From IMG/VR virus record IMGVR_UViG_3300002026_000003: a stretch of 64,000 bases of DNA; one strand, 5' to 3'. Source of the DNA: a virus. Positions 28,753 to 37,946 of the stretch are shown here, piece after piece. Position numbers and translations under genes: made by a program. The notes under the pieces were generated by a model. That model saw only the letters and a list, made by a program, of their open reading frames with translations, had not been told where the DNA came from and did not search any database. Within the stretch, counting starts at the first letter, position 1. The number at the start of each line of letters is the position of its first letter.

Positions 28753-30360
28753 ATGGCTACCAACTACCAAGAGCTAGAACAAGAAATACGTGATGCTAAG
28801 TCTTTTGTATCTGCTAGCCAAGCTACGGCTACTGCACTTAAATCTTCTCTTGCTACAACCAGTGCTAGCGTAGCAGAAAGTTTGGTGACTAGTGAGGCTA
28901 GTATATTGTCTGCATACTCTAGTGAAAATGTAGCAAGAGACGCTGTTAAGAATAAGTTTATAGCCTACAAAGAGACTAGTGTATTTGCGGCTACGCTACT
29001 AGACAACATATTTGCCGAAGCTGGAGTACTAATAGATACGCTAGCAGGAAAAGTAGCAGACTCGCTAGTGGGTAGGTATAGGCTCCACGAGCAACGCAAT
29101 AAGCAGGTAAAAACACTTAGCAGGTTAGCTAGAGCTACCTACATCGTAGACCTGTACGCTAAACTACTAGAACAGTACGATAGGTTACTGAGTGCTATGA
29201 GCGAGCATTCGTCTATGGTAGGTAGCGAGTTCGCTAATAAACTTAGTGAGGAGGTCATTAAGTCAGATAACCTAATAGTGGCGTGGAATGATACCAAAAA
29301 GAACGAATACGATAGTGCTACCTTAGTATATAAGTCAGGAATGGTGGCGTACGTATTAGGATTACGTAAGGATACGTTTTACTGGCCTAGACCTACTGAC
29401 GAGAGGGTACGTAGCAGGGAGGATAATATAGCTAACCTTCACAATGCACAAAAAACATACGCTCCTGCTTGCGGATTGCTTAACTATAAAAGATTTCCGT
29501 ATAAGCGTTTTGTCGATGGAGAGACAGTAACGTTCACCCCTATATTTACTAAGCAAAAAGCATTACCTGACGCAGTTCCTCCTGTACTGGAGAAGGATTG
29601 GGGTATATGCGTACGCACTGTAACTCCGTATATAAACCCACTAGAGAGTACTCTAGAGTCTGAGGCTAAGTATATATTTAACATAAAGTACGATGGGTAC
29701 CTAGACGCATTTAGTATAACGTCGTGGGATGATATAGGTATTCCAGCTACCGATAGCGAACCTGCTCAGTACCCTAAACTAACCTATAGCAGGCACGTAC
29801 CTAGAGCTATGGTTAGCTATTCAAAGGCCCCATTTAGTAAAGTAGGACAGGCTTTTAGCATTCAAAAAACTGGAATACCTATACCAGAGACAGTACTTCC
29901 TGCCGATATTAACGCTCCTGTGTACGGTGAGTACACTAACGATATAGTACTGAGCTACATGCAGCAGTCAATGCTAGAGGAGGTGCCTAATCCGCCCACT
30001 AACGTAGTTGGTACGGTAGTTGGTAGTGGTCAAGTATCGGTAGCATTTACGCCTCCAGCGGTAAACGTGGGCGGTAGAATACCTGTCGGATATAAAGTTA
30101 TTTCGTACCCTGAGGGAATAGAGGCCACAGGCCTTAGAAGCCCTGTATTGGTTAGGGAGCTTCCCAATGGAAAAACATACGTATTCAGGGTAATGACTGA
30201 CAACAATAGATGGTACAGCCGAGCCTCAGACCCTAGTGAGCCAGTTCTTCTACTGTCTACACAAACGGACGAATCTAAGGCACTTGAAGATAATAAGAGT
30301 AAGTTAGATGTATTTCGGGCTACTAGGTCTACTGAGCTAGCCAGAAGGGCAGCTTTGTAG
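28753..30360 (+). CDS. structural protein with C-terminal fibronectin type III-like domain (535 aa)
   Basis: PPTNVVGTVVGSGQVSVAFTPP...GYKVISYPEG...GKTYVFRVMTDNNRWYSRASDPSEPV (about nt 29986-30250) fits the FN3 pattern. Confidence 0.55.
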   Translation: MATNYQELEQEIRDAKSFVSASQATATALKSSLATTSASVAESLVTSEASILSAYSSENVARDAVKNKFIAYKETSVFAATLLDNIFAEAGVLIDTLAGKVADSLVGRYRLHEQRNKQVKTLSRLARATYIVDLYAKLLEQYDRLLSAMSEHSSMVGSEFANKLSEEVIKSDNLIVAWNDTKKNEYDSATLVYKSGMVAYVLGLRKDTFYWPRPTDERVRSREDNIANLHNAQKTYAPACGLLNYKRFPYKRFVDGETVTFTPIFTKQKALPDAVPPVLEKDWGICVRTVTPYINPLESTLESEAKYIFNIKYDGYLDAFSITSWDDIGIPATDSEPAQYPKLTYSRHVPRAMVSYSKAPFSKVGQAFSIQKTGIPIPETVLPADINAPVYGEYTNDIVLSYMQQSMLEEVPNPPTNVVGTVVGSGQVSVAFTPPAVNVGGRIPVGYKVISYPEGIEATGLRSPVLVRELPNGKTYVFRVMTDNNRWYSRASDPSEPVLLLSTQTDESKALEDNKSKLDVFRATRSTELARRAAL

Positions 30361-30361
30361 T

Positions 30362-30377
30362 TTGCAATCGATTGCAA
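30362..30377. repeat. motif copy 12
   Basis: TTGCAATCGATTGCAA (exact). Starts 2 nt after stop 30360; followed by an extra half-site TTGCAA at 30382-30387. Confidence 0.9.
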
Positions 30378-30381
30378 TTTG

Positions 30382-30410
30382 TTGCAAATACCCAGATGCT
30401 GCTGTATAGT
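30382..30410 (+). promoter_or_regulatory. candidate sigma70-type promoter
   Basis: TTGCAA-17 nt-TATAGT. The -35 is an extra half-site of the palindromic motif immediately after copy 12. Confidence 0.4.
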
Positions 30411-30433
30411 TTATCAACCTAAAGGAGAGACTT

Positions 30434-30898
30434 ATGACCACCTCTATTTCCCTGTATAACCACACACGTAGGCTAGTTGCTTCTGGCGCAGTAGATTTAG
30501 ATAGCGATAGCATAAAGGCAATTCTAGTAACTTCGGCGTATGTCTTCGACGCTAACCACGTTATGTACACTACACCGAAAGCTTTTGAGCTTCCTTCCGG
30601 CGCAGGCTACACAGCCGGTGGCCTAGACCTTACTGGACTATCTACTATCGGGGTTGGGGCTAACGCTAAGCTAGTAGCGGATAACCTAGTATGGCCGCTA
30701 CTCACTGGTACATTTAGGGCGGCAATATTGTATGACGATACTTACGACAGACCAGAGCCTGTCTATGGATCACCTGTATCCGATTACAGGGCCATACTAG
30801 CGTACATACTGCTAGACACAACGCCAGCAGATGTTGTTGTTAATAATACGGACTACAGCATACAGTGGAATCCTGCCGGCATACTTACGTTTAGTTAA
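30434..30898 (+). CDS. hypothetical virion protein (154 aa)
   Basis: AAGGAG upstream; a candidate sigma70-type promoter lies upstream. Confidence 0.55.
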   Translation: MTTSISLYNHTRRLVASGAVDLDSDSIKAILVTSAYVFDANHVMYTTPKAFELPSGAGYTAGGLDLTGLSTIGVGANAKLVADNLVWPLLTGTFRAAILYDDTYDRPEPVYGSPVSDYRAILAYILLDTTPADVVVNNTDYSIQWNPAGILTFS

Positions 30899-30903
30899 CG
30901 GCC

Positions 30904-33084
30904 ATGCCTTACCTAGTTCCGTTTGGTGGGTCAGTAAACGTAGAAGTATCAGAGGGTGGTGTATATGCGCCACCTAACGGAGGCTCAGTTGGTGTAGAGC
31001 TAGCCGACTCTGGATTAAATGTAGTAGCCTACGTTTCTGACTTACCAAATATATACATAAGTGCCAAGACACCTAAGGTAGTCGTAGGGCACACGTTACC
31101 GGCTGCGCTAGTCACCATAACGCCGCAGGTACCGTTTGCTGGTAGGGTATTGGCGGTATCAGGCCCCGCAGAGGTTCTGATAGGCACATTACCGGCCACC
31201 ACACGTAAGGCAAATACGGCGGATAGTGCTAGCGTACTAGTAGGTACCGTAGCCCCGGTAACACTATCAGGCAAGATAACCTCTGTAAAAGAGTCGCCGG
31301 TAGTAAGCGTAGAGGCCCATAACCCTACGCACATGATACTGTTGCGGGTAGCTAGGTCTATCAAGTACACGGCGCATACGAATACCGTAGATTCCGTAAT
31401 AGACACGGTAATAGCTGCACATGCACCAACCCAATTGATACCCATAAAGCTGTCTTTTAGTACCAAGTACACTATATGGGCGGTGGCCTACGGTCAAGGG
31501 GTTATCAGATACTCCTTCTCGTTAGCAAAGAGCCTTAGTACTAGGTACGATATACGTAGAAGTATTTATGGATCGCTTGGAGTTGTGTATTCTGTATCTA
31601 CTACGGATAGCATAAGCAGAGGCATTGCCGTAGTTTATTCTGTGCAACTATGCGTAGGTTTTTCTACACCGTATAACGTACTTACCAATCAGCCTGTATC
31701 ATCAGCTACCAGAGTAGTGTACTCGCTACGCGACTCAGTTAGCGCTGGTATATCTGCGGCTTACTCGGTGGTAGATAGTGCCATCGTAGTACGTCAGTCT
31801 GTGTCTACACCGTACTCGTACTTGAGTCATGTAGGGGCGCAGTACGCAGCTACATATTCTTATGCCTCAGAGATACGCACTAGCAAAGCTATCAACTACC
31901 GGTTAGCCTCTGATGTAGCCCAAGGAATAGCTGTAGACTACGCAGTGCTAGACCACAATAAGGTAGCCAAGCAGTTTAGGGCAATATGGTCTGCACCAGC
32001 CAACGGTAGCGTAGCTATATCATCCTCCGTGTATATAGATATTCGTGGCAGCAGAGTTGATATTCTTGAGGGTGATATATCCGTAGCCGAAGGCGAGTAT
32101 GCGTGGTCTGGCAACTTTGTACTATCCGGTGTAGAGGACTACGCCAAGTTTAGGAAGCTTGATGAAATATCTGTGGTCTTCTACGCAGAGACATTCAAAA
32201 TGGTAGTAGTAGGCAAGGAGATGTCTAGAACCTCGCCAGCCTCTATTTCCTGTAGGTTGATATGCTCTAGCCCCACGGTATTACTAGCAGCACCCTCAGC
32301 GAAGACTGTAGATATTTTGTGGGAAGAGGATGTACTGGCTACTGACGCTGTAGCAGACGTAGTAGGTGGATATCCTGTACCGGTAGTGTGGGACGCTATT
32401 GATTGGCTAATACCAAAATTTAGGTTAGCCTTTTCTAAGACAAGCCCAATAGACGTTATAGACACACTATCGTCCGCCATTGGGTGTATGCCAGTACCTG
32501 AGCCGGATGGCTCCTTAGTAGTGCGTAAGAAGTATCCTATTTCCGTACCAGACTACGCATCTGCTACTCCTGTGCATGTCCTTGGTGAGGCGTTTGATAT
32601 ATTCACTGCCTCTGAGGATTTCGCCATACCTGAGGTATATAACAAATTTAGAATACGTGATGCGGATAATACTGACAGCGATATACTTGAGTGGATACCT
32701 GATGAGGGTAATACCTATTCTGGAATAATTCGTGCGTATCCCTTCCCTTGGCGTGAAGTCAACCTTGTACACACAGGGGCAATAAGCGTATCGATAGTCT
32801 ACCCGCCAACAGAAACTATTGAGGAATACACAGAGCTAGTGGAGATATATGAGGGTAAGGGTAGTACCCAGCACCCCATATTTGACCTACTTGGTGTTAC
32901 GTGGGAGGCTACCGATCTGCATGGGTTAGCCTTTACTCAGTACTCTTCTGATGTATCTGTAACAGGCGATGTGTATAATGGTCTTGTGTATCTACGCTAT
33001 GCTTCCAAGAGTGTAGATTTTAGGGTTAGTTCTTCTGAGGGCAAACCCGTACAATTCCTATTAGAGTCAAGCCCAATAACGTAA
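30904..33084 (+). CDS. large structural protein with internal short repeats (726 aa)
   Basis: ORF track. Region of about aa 190-345 carries reiterated ...VVYS / AAYS / ATYS units. Confidence 0.55.
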   Translation: MPYLVPFGGSVNVEVSEGGVYAPPNGGSVGVELADSGLNVVAYVSDLPNIYISAKTPKVVVGHTLPAALVTITPQVPFAGRVLAVSGPAEVLIGTLPATTRKANTADSASVLVGTVAPVTLSGKITSVKESPVVSVEAHNPTHMILLRVARSIKYTAHTNTVDSVIDTVIAAHAPTQLIPIKLSFSTKYTIWAVAYGQGVIRYSFSLAKSLSTRYDIRRSIYGSLGVVYSVSTTDSISRGIAVVYSVQLCVGFSTPYNVLTNQPVSSATRVVYSLRDSVSAGISAAYSVVDSAIVVRQSVSTPYSYLSHVGAQYAATYSYASEIRTSKAINYRLASDVAQGIAVDYAVLDHNKVAKQFRAIWSAPANGSVAISSSVYIDIRGSRVDILEGDISVAEGEYAWSGNFVLSGVEDYAKFRKLDEISVVFYAETFKMVVVGKEMSRTSPASISCRLICSSPTVLLAAPSAKTVDILWEEDVLATDAVADVVGGYPVPVVWDAIDWLIPKFRLAFSKTSPIDVIDTLSSAIGCMPVPEPDGSLVVRKKYPISVPDYASATPVHVLGEAFDIFTASEDFAIPEVYNKFRIRDADNTDSDILEWIPDEGNTYSGIIRAYPFPWREVNLVHTGAISVSIVYPPTETIEEYTELVEIYEGKGSTQHPIFDLLGVTWEATDLHGLAFTQYSSDVSVTGDVYNGLVYLRYASKSVDFRVSSSEGKPVQFLLESSPIT

Positions 33085-33099
33085 TTAGGAGCAGCTATT

Positions 33100-33648
33100 A
33101 TGGCAACACCGTCTATCATAACGTCACACGTTGTTGTTGAGTTTGGTGATCCCTCAGCCGCAGCAAATGCCATTTTAGAGGTAGATGATCGACCGGCAGG
33201 GCTTAATGGCGGTAAGACTTCTTTCTATCCGGGCGATAACGTAGGCCTGCTGCTTTTCATACCTGAAGGGTACGCAGTTACTGGATACTACACTACCGCA
33301 GGCAGCATAGCCCCGCTAGGTTCTTCCACGAAAGACGTAGAGCTTTTCCCTGAATTCCCTAACGAGGATACGGCTACGTTAAACTACCCAATGCCTCTGG
33401 CTATCACTAGTTCTTTCATAGGTAACGTACCTAGCGGAACTACCCTTTCTAGGACTAGTGAGAATACTGTACAACTATCCGCTAGGCCTATAGACGCTAT
33501 TACCGGAAAACCAATACCGGAATATAGACTAGCTGTAGCTAAAGTGAACTATGCTTCCGTATGCGGACAGTATCGACTAGAGAGCGTACCTGTCGGCGTT
33601 AGTAAAGTAATGGTTCTATTTGTCATCAGTAAGGTAATTACTCCGTGA
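33100..33648 (+). CDS. hypothetical structural protein (182 aa)
   Basis: AGGAG upstream; ORF track. Confidence 0.55.
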   Translation: MATPSIITSHVVVEFGDPSAAANAILEVDDRPAGLNGGKTSFYPGDNVGLLLFIPEGYAVTGYYTTAGSIAPLGSSTKDVELFPEFPNEDTATLNYPMPLAITSSFIGNVPSGTTLSRTSENTVQLSARPIDAITGKPIPEYRLAVAKVNYASVCGQYRLESVPVGVSKVMVLFVISKVITP

Positions 33649-33956
33649 TAGACATAATCGTACTCCGCCATGCTGGAGATAAGCCGGGGGAGGATATAGT
33701 AGACTCCCTCCTATCTACACTAGAGGCTGCTCTAGCTAGGGGAGCGTACGAGTTGGATAAGTACGATGATGGTCAACAGCCTGTCACGCTATCCATAACA
33801 TACCGTCCTAATGTGCGCCTTGGTCAGCTAGTAGAAGTACACGATTCTTTACAAGGACGTAGTTACCGTGGCAAGATAACTAGTGTGTCACACCGCATAA
33901 GTCGCGGAGAGGCTACTACCACAGTAGATATTCTAAAAGGTGCGGAGTACTTCTAA
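33645..33956 (+). CDS. hypothetical protein (103 aa)
   Basis: GTGA overlap with the upstream stop. Confidence 0.5.
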   Translation: MIDIIVLRHAGDKPGEDIVDSLLSTLEAALARGAYELDKYDDGQQPVTLSITYRPNVRLGQLVEVHDSLQGRSYRGKITSVSHRISRGEATTTVDILKGAEYF

Positions 33957-34189
33957 TGGGAAGCCATCTTATAGAGCTTAAAAAGCTACTTAACACCCGT
34001 AGGGTAAGCGAGGGTAGGGTAGTTGGTAGTACCGCGTCAACTGTATCACTAGCTACGTCTAGGGGTGTTGTTTCTGTGCCGAATGCGTCAGGCGGCAAGT
34101 ACACGGAAGGGCAAGCTGTTACTTTACGTAATGGGTCTATATCTGTGGCTAGGGCAGAGCCTTACGATATACCTACTTTTATAATTTGA
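33956..34189 (+). CDS. hypothetical protein (77 aa)
   Basis: TAATG coupling to the upstream ORF. Its TGA stop (34187-34189) lies inside motif copy 13. Confidence 0.5.
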   Translation: MGSHLIELKKLLNTRRVSEGRVVGSTASTVSLATSRGVVSVPNASGGKYTEGQAVTLRNGSISVARAEPYDIPTFII

Positions 34190-34201
34190 AATCGATTGCA
34201 A
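34186..34201. repeat. motif copy 13
   Basis: TTGAAATCGATTGCAA (exact). Positions 2-4 form the TGA stop of ORF 33956. AGGAG and ATG 34214 follow. Confidence 0.9.
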
Positions 34202-34213
34202 TAGGAGAATAGC

Positions 34214-35449
34214 ATGACCGTACATCTATATCGCTCTACACAAAAAGACGCTCCCGTTCTAGCGGGTCAGGCGGGTAGCTTGATAGCCTTGCTAAAAGCT
34301 TGCCTAGTTAACGGGTATGGGTCTACATCTGTAGCATCCATTACGCGTAACGCTACCGTAGCTACTGTAGAGTGTCTAGATCATGGGTTCTCCGAGGGAG
34401 ACGTAGCGGTTATTGCAGGGGCAGACCAGAGCGGTTTTAACGGTACTGTTGTAGTAGCTACCGTACCAAACACACACAGTTTTACTTATGCTGTAGTGGA
34501 TACGCTACCTGCGGCGGCTACTGGCGTTGCTATTACCGCTAAACGCGCACCGGCAGGTTGGATTAACATAGCCAATAGCACTAATAGAGAATACTTCCGT
34601 ATAGCGGGTGGGGCCTACATGGATGTAGACGATAGCGGTGTTAGTACGGGCCTCTATACCGTAGCCGATGTAAAAGGCTGGAGGGAACTAGGAACCCAGT
34701 ACGGCTCGTATATGGATTTTCCGCGCACTACCAAAGTAGGCTTTATTAAGTCAGCTACGGAAGATGCTACTGCTAGAGAATGGGTGATTGTAGCCAGCGA
34801 TACGATGCTGTATTTCTGGGTTAACTATAACAGTGACGCTAACGGACTAGGCGGTAAGTTGCATACTTTTGGGTACACTAAAGGTGATGCACTAGTTACT
34901 CCCTCCACAGGCCTACACCCTTGCATAATTGCTGGTAACGCGTGGAATGGCGTAGCTTTCTTACCTAACGACGCAACGTATAACTACAGTGGAGACCTAT
35001 ACGAAAATATATACCAGACGCTAGGTGAAGGAAAGCACCTAGATGTTGTAGTAGCGCTGAATACTATGACTGTAGCTACTGGTAAGTGTGGCCTAATTAG
35101 TGATTGGTCTAAGACCAATAACCAGCGTAGCTTAGGTTTTCCTTCTGGTGGATACCCACAAGAACCCGTTACTGGTAACTGGATGAAGCAACGACTAGCT
35201 CCGGTATTTGTGTATGACATAAACGATACTGGAGTATGGACTAACATACGCGGTGTACTTCCGGGATTCTGGAACCCAATAACTAACATAGATATAACTA
35301 ACGGCTCTGTATTCGGGGAAAGTATCGGTGGAGTACCGACAGTTCCTGCGCGTAGGTTTATCTTCCTACGTCTATCCCCGTCATCCAATGAGCCTACGCG
35401 TGTTGGCGGCGTAGTTCTAGAGTATAGCGATACGTGGCCTACAGTCTGA
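34214..35449 (+). CDS. paralog family member 1 (YRS..APVL..GSLI.LL.ACLVNGYG ... SDTW), putative receptor-binding/tail protein
   Basis: N-terminus MTVHLYRSTQKDAPVLAGQAGSLIALLKACLVNGYG and C-terminus LEYSDTWPTV are shared with ORFs 45418, 46583 and 47547. Confidence 0.6.
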   Translation: MTVHLYRSTQKDAPVLAGQAGSLIALLKACLVNGYGSTSVASITRNATVATVECLDHGFSEGDVAVIAGADQSGFNGTVVVATVPNTHSFTYAVVDTLPAAATGVAITAKRAPAGWINIANSTNREYFRIAGGAYMDVDDSGVSTGLYTVADVKGWRELGTQYGSYMDFPRTTKVGFIKSATEDATAREWVIVASDTMLYFWVNYNSDANGLGGKLHTFGYTKGDALVTPSTGLHPCIIAGNAWNGVAFLPNDATYNYSGDLYENIYQTLGEGKHLDVVVALNTMTVATGKCGLISDWSKTNNQRSLGFPSGGYPQEPVTGNWMKQRLAPVFVYDINDTGVWTNIRGVLPGFWNPITNIDITNGSVFGESIGGVPTVPARRFIFLRLSPSSNEPTRVGGVVLEYSDTWPTV

Positions 35450-35462
35450 TAGGTAGATAGAC

Positions 35463-36599
35463 ATGACGGTACTAGTCTTACTACATGGCGATAGCCTAGC
35501 GGATGATGGGCCGCAGGTACATACGGTAACATCCACCCGCGACGAGGCTACTACGTGCTCCTCAGCGCAATCTGTATTCGCGGGTGGAAAGTCTTTCTAC
35601 TTTCCTACCCCTACACATACTCACTATGTTGAGGTAGACACTAGTGAGGATAACGATCACGATCTATACCACCAAGACGGCACTCTACTTACGCTAGAGT
35701 GCCGCATATACCCTATAGCTTTTTCCTCTACTAGGTCTTCTATAATTGACTTAGGGTACGCCCCTGTTGCTGATGGGTGGGCACTATTCCTAGACCCTGC
35801 CGGTCAGGTAATGGCTATAGCTAGCGGATACGAAGCTTACACCGGGGTATACGTAACCCTTAATGAATGGACAGCCATAAAAGTTAGTTTTGGTACGGGT
35901 GATGGCGCTATATCGGTAGCTGTTGGCGGCAACCTAGTGGCGTTTAGCCCCGGTGCTAACTACTACGAGGTGGTATCTGACGCATACGACCCTTATAAGC
36001 TGCGTATAGGTAACTCAAGATCAGCGGGTACGTCTACGTGCTTCCAAGGGTACATTGACGAGATACGCATATCGTTAGATGAAAATGCTATAGATGAGTC
36101 AGACCCCGCTACATGGGCGGTGGCTACTGAGCCTTTTGCTGCGGTATCGCCCTCCGCGCTATTCCCTATATTAGATTTTATATGGCAGCCGGTATTTTTT
36201 GATACAGAGTTTCCGCCGGTATCCGCAGCTAGAGATATATCTGCATTGGTTACTACTGACATACCCAGCTACGATGCTACGCCCCTACACGATGCTACTT
36301 TGCGTAGGCGTATAGTATTAGGTATGGATGGCCTACCTGATGTAACAATACCCGTAAATGGAGTAATTAGTGGGGTAGTCACCAAGCAGGCCGCGCCAGT
36401 GCCTAATGCCGTAGTGCAGCTATATAGTATGCGTAATAGACAGTTAGAGGCAGTAGTAACAGCGGACACATACGGCGCATACACGTTCCTAGAGTTAAAT
36501 ACTCAGGATAAGTACATGGTAGTGGTTATCGATCCAGACGTTACTGCTACTGGATACGGAGCAAAGGCGCTACCTGACATACAACCAATAACCCTATAA
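35463..36599 (+). CDS. LamG-like (concanavalin-type) protein with C-terminal carboxypeptidase-regulatory-like beta-sandwich
   Basis: GYIDEIRISLDE is typical of Laminin_G_3. C-terminus VISGVVTKQAAPVPNAVVQLYSMRN...YGAYTFLEL...YMVVVID resembles the C-termini of ORFs 44917 and 48568. Confidence 0.45.
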   Translation: MTVLVLLHGDSLADDGPQVHTVTSTRDEATTCSSAQSVFAGGKSFYFPTPTHTHYVEVDTSEDNDHDLYHQDGTLLTLECRIYPIAFSSTRSSIIDLGYAPVADGWALFLDPAGQVMAIASGYEAYTGVYVTLNEWTAIKVSFGTGDGAISVAVGGNLVAFSPGANYYEVVSDAYDPYKLRIGNSRSAGTSTCFQGYIDEIRISLDENAIDESDPATWAVATEPFAAVSPSALFPILDFIWQPVFFDTEFPPVSAARDISALVTTDIPSYDATPLHDATLRRRIVLGMDGLPDVTIPVNGVISGVVTKQAAPVPNAVVQLYSMRNRQLEAVVTADTYGAYTFLELNTQDKYMVVVIDPDVTATGYGAKALPDIQPITL

Positions 36600-36610
36600 A
36601 GGATTGCATA

Positions 36611-36862
36611 ATGGATACGTGCGACACTTGTAAATACTCAGCTATGGAGAATATAGCTACCGTACCCTCACAGTTTCGTGAGTCTCCTATCGAGGTAGTA
36701 CGCGTGTGTAGAAAGAACCCTCCACAGTTACCCCCTGCCATATTTAGCGATCAGCGAGTAACTAGTATGCAGTCACTTAGCCCTAGCATATTCTCCGTAC
36801 ATAGAGCCACTTTTCCTGTAGTACGTAACGATATGTCGTGCGGTAGTTACGAAAAGGCATAG
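36611..36862 (+). CDS. small Cys-motif protein (83 aa)
   Basis: CDTCKY...VCRKNPP...FPVVRNDMSCGSYE resembles a recurring small phage/alphaproteobacterial Cys-motif family, recalled from memory. Confidence 0.45.
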   Translation: MDTCDTCKYSAMENIATVPSQFRESPIEVVRVCRKNPPQLPPAIFSDQRVTSMQSLSPSIFSVHRATFPVVRNDMSCGSYEKA

Positions 36863-36868
36863 CTAGCC

Positions 36869-36897
36869 TTGATCTGTGTTATGTAGTTCTGTATCAT
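36869..36897 (+). promoter_or_regulatory. candidate sigma70-type promoter
   Basis: TTGATC-17 nt-TATCAT, in the 59-nt gap before ATG 36922. Confidence 0.3.
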
Positions 36898-36921
36898 CCA
36901 CGTATATATAGAGGCATAGAG

Positions 36922-37521
36922 ATGGCTACCAAAAAAGCAAACATAGAGATACGCAAGGGCGAGACGTACACAAATACCCTACGGTGGGAGGCACCGCCGT
37001 ATCTGTATCGTCCTATTACTGCGATACTACAGTCTGCGCCTATCCGCATAACAGCGCCCGTACATGGCTTATTGCAGGGTTGGCGAGTAGCTATTGAGTC
37101 TGTCAAAGGGACGGTGCAGGCTAACACCAAGGATGTAAATAACCTAGACGCATGGCCTCGTGTAACGGTAATAGATGCAGATACGGTAGAGCTAAACGAG
37201 ATTAACTCTCTTGAGTACTCCCCGTATATCTCTGGCGGCGTAATTAAATTTAATACCCCGGTAGACCTAGCCGGTTTCACTGCTAGGATGTCAATACGTG
37301 ATAAGCTAGATGGAGTAGAGATAATACTACTAACTACGGCTAACGGTAGGATCATCATAGATAATGCCACCAAGTCCATAGCCCTAGCTATACCCGCCGA
37401 CGTAACGGCGGCAGTTACCCAGAAAAAAGGTGTATACGACATAGAGTTAATATCAAGTGGCGGTCTTGTCTACAGGCTGGCCGAAGGCAGCGTATCTTTC
37501 AGTAAAGAAGTTACTACATAA
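36922..37521 (+). CDS. hypothetical structural protein (199 aa), possibly BppU-N/Ig-like
   Basis: ORF track; a candidate promoter lies upstream. The family guess is weak. Confidence 0.45.
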   Translation: MATKKANIEIRKGETYTNTLRWEAPPYLYRPITAILQSAPIRITAPVHGLLQGWRVAIESVKGTVQANTKDVNNLDAWPRVTVIDADTVELNEINSLEYSPYISGGVIKFNTPVDLAGFTARMSIRDKLDGVEIILLTTANGRIIIDNATKSIALAIPADVTAAVTQKKGVYDIELISSGGLVYRLAEGSVSFSKEVTT

Positions 37522-37531
37522 GGAAATAATC

Positions 37532-37945
37532 ATGGCTATCATGCGTACCTCAGTTGCAGTAAAAAACGCTGCTTTGCAATCGATTGCAACTTTGATTGAT
37601 GCCGGCACAGGCCCCGGCTATATGGAGTTCTATACTGCTCCTATGCCAGCCACTGTGGCTACTGCCGTTAGTACCCAGACTAAGCTAGGCACGTTGACGT
37701 TTGCTGATCCCTGCGGAGCCGTAGCCTCAGGTGTGCTTACATTTTCACCTATTACTCGTGATGATTCAGCGGACGTAAGCGGAGCAGCGGCTTGGGTTCG
37801 GTGCTTCGATAGCGCGGGTGTTGCTCATACCGATCTAGACGTTACCGTTACCGGTGGAGGCGGTTCCGTGCAGCTAAACGCTGTGGACATAGTAGCGGGT
37901 GGCCCGATTGAAATATCTGCGATGACCATTGGCGTAGCGGCGTAA
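37532..37945 (+). CDS. hypothetical structural protein (137 aa)
   Basis: ATG 37532 follows AAGGAA and comes after the upstream TAA, so the track start at 37457 was rejected. Codons 15-19 carry motif copy 14. Confidence 0.5.
   Translation: MAIMRTSVAVKNAALQSIATLIDAGTGPGYMEFYTAPMPATVATAVSTQTKLGTLTFADPCGAVASGVLTFSPITRDDSADVSGAAAWVRCFDSAGVAHTDLDVTVTGGGGSVQLNAVDIVAGGPIEISAMTIGVAA
37574..37589. repeat. motif copy 14
   Basis: TTGCAATCGATTGCAA (exact). Codons 15-19 of ORF 37532 (LQSIAT). Confidence 0.9.
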
Positions 37946-37946
37946 C

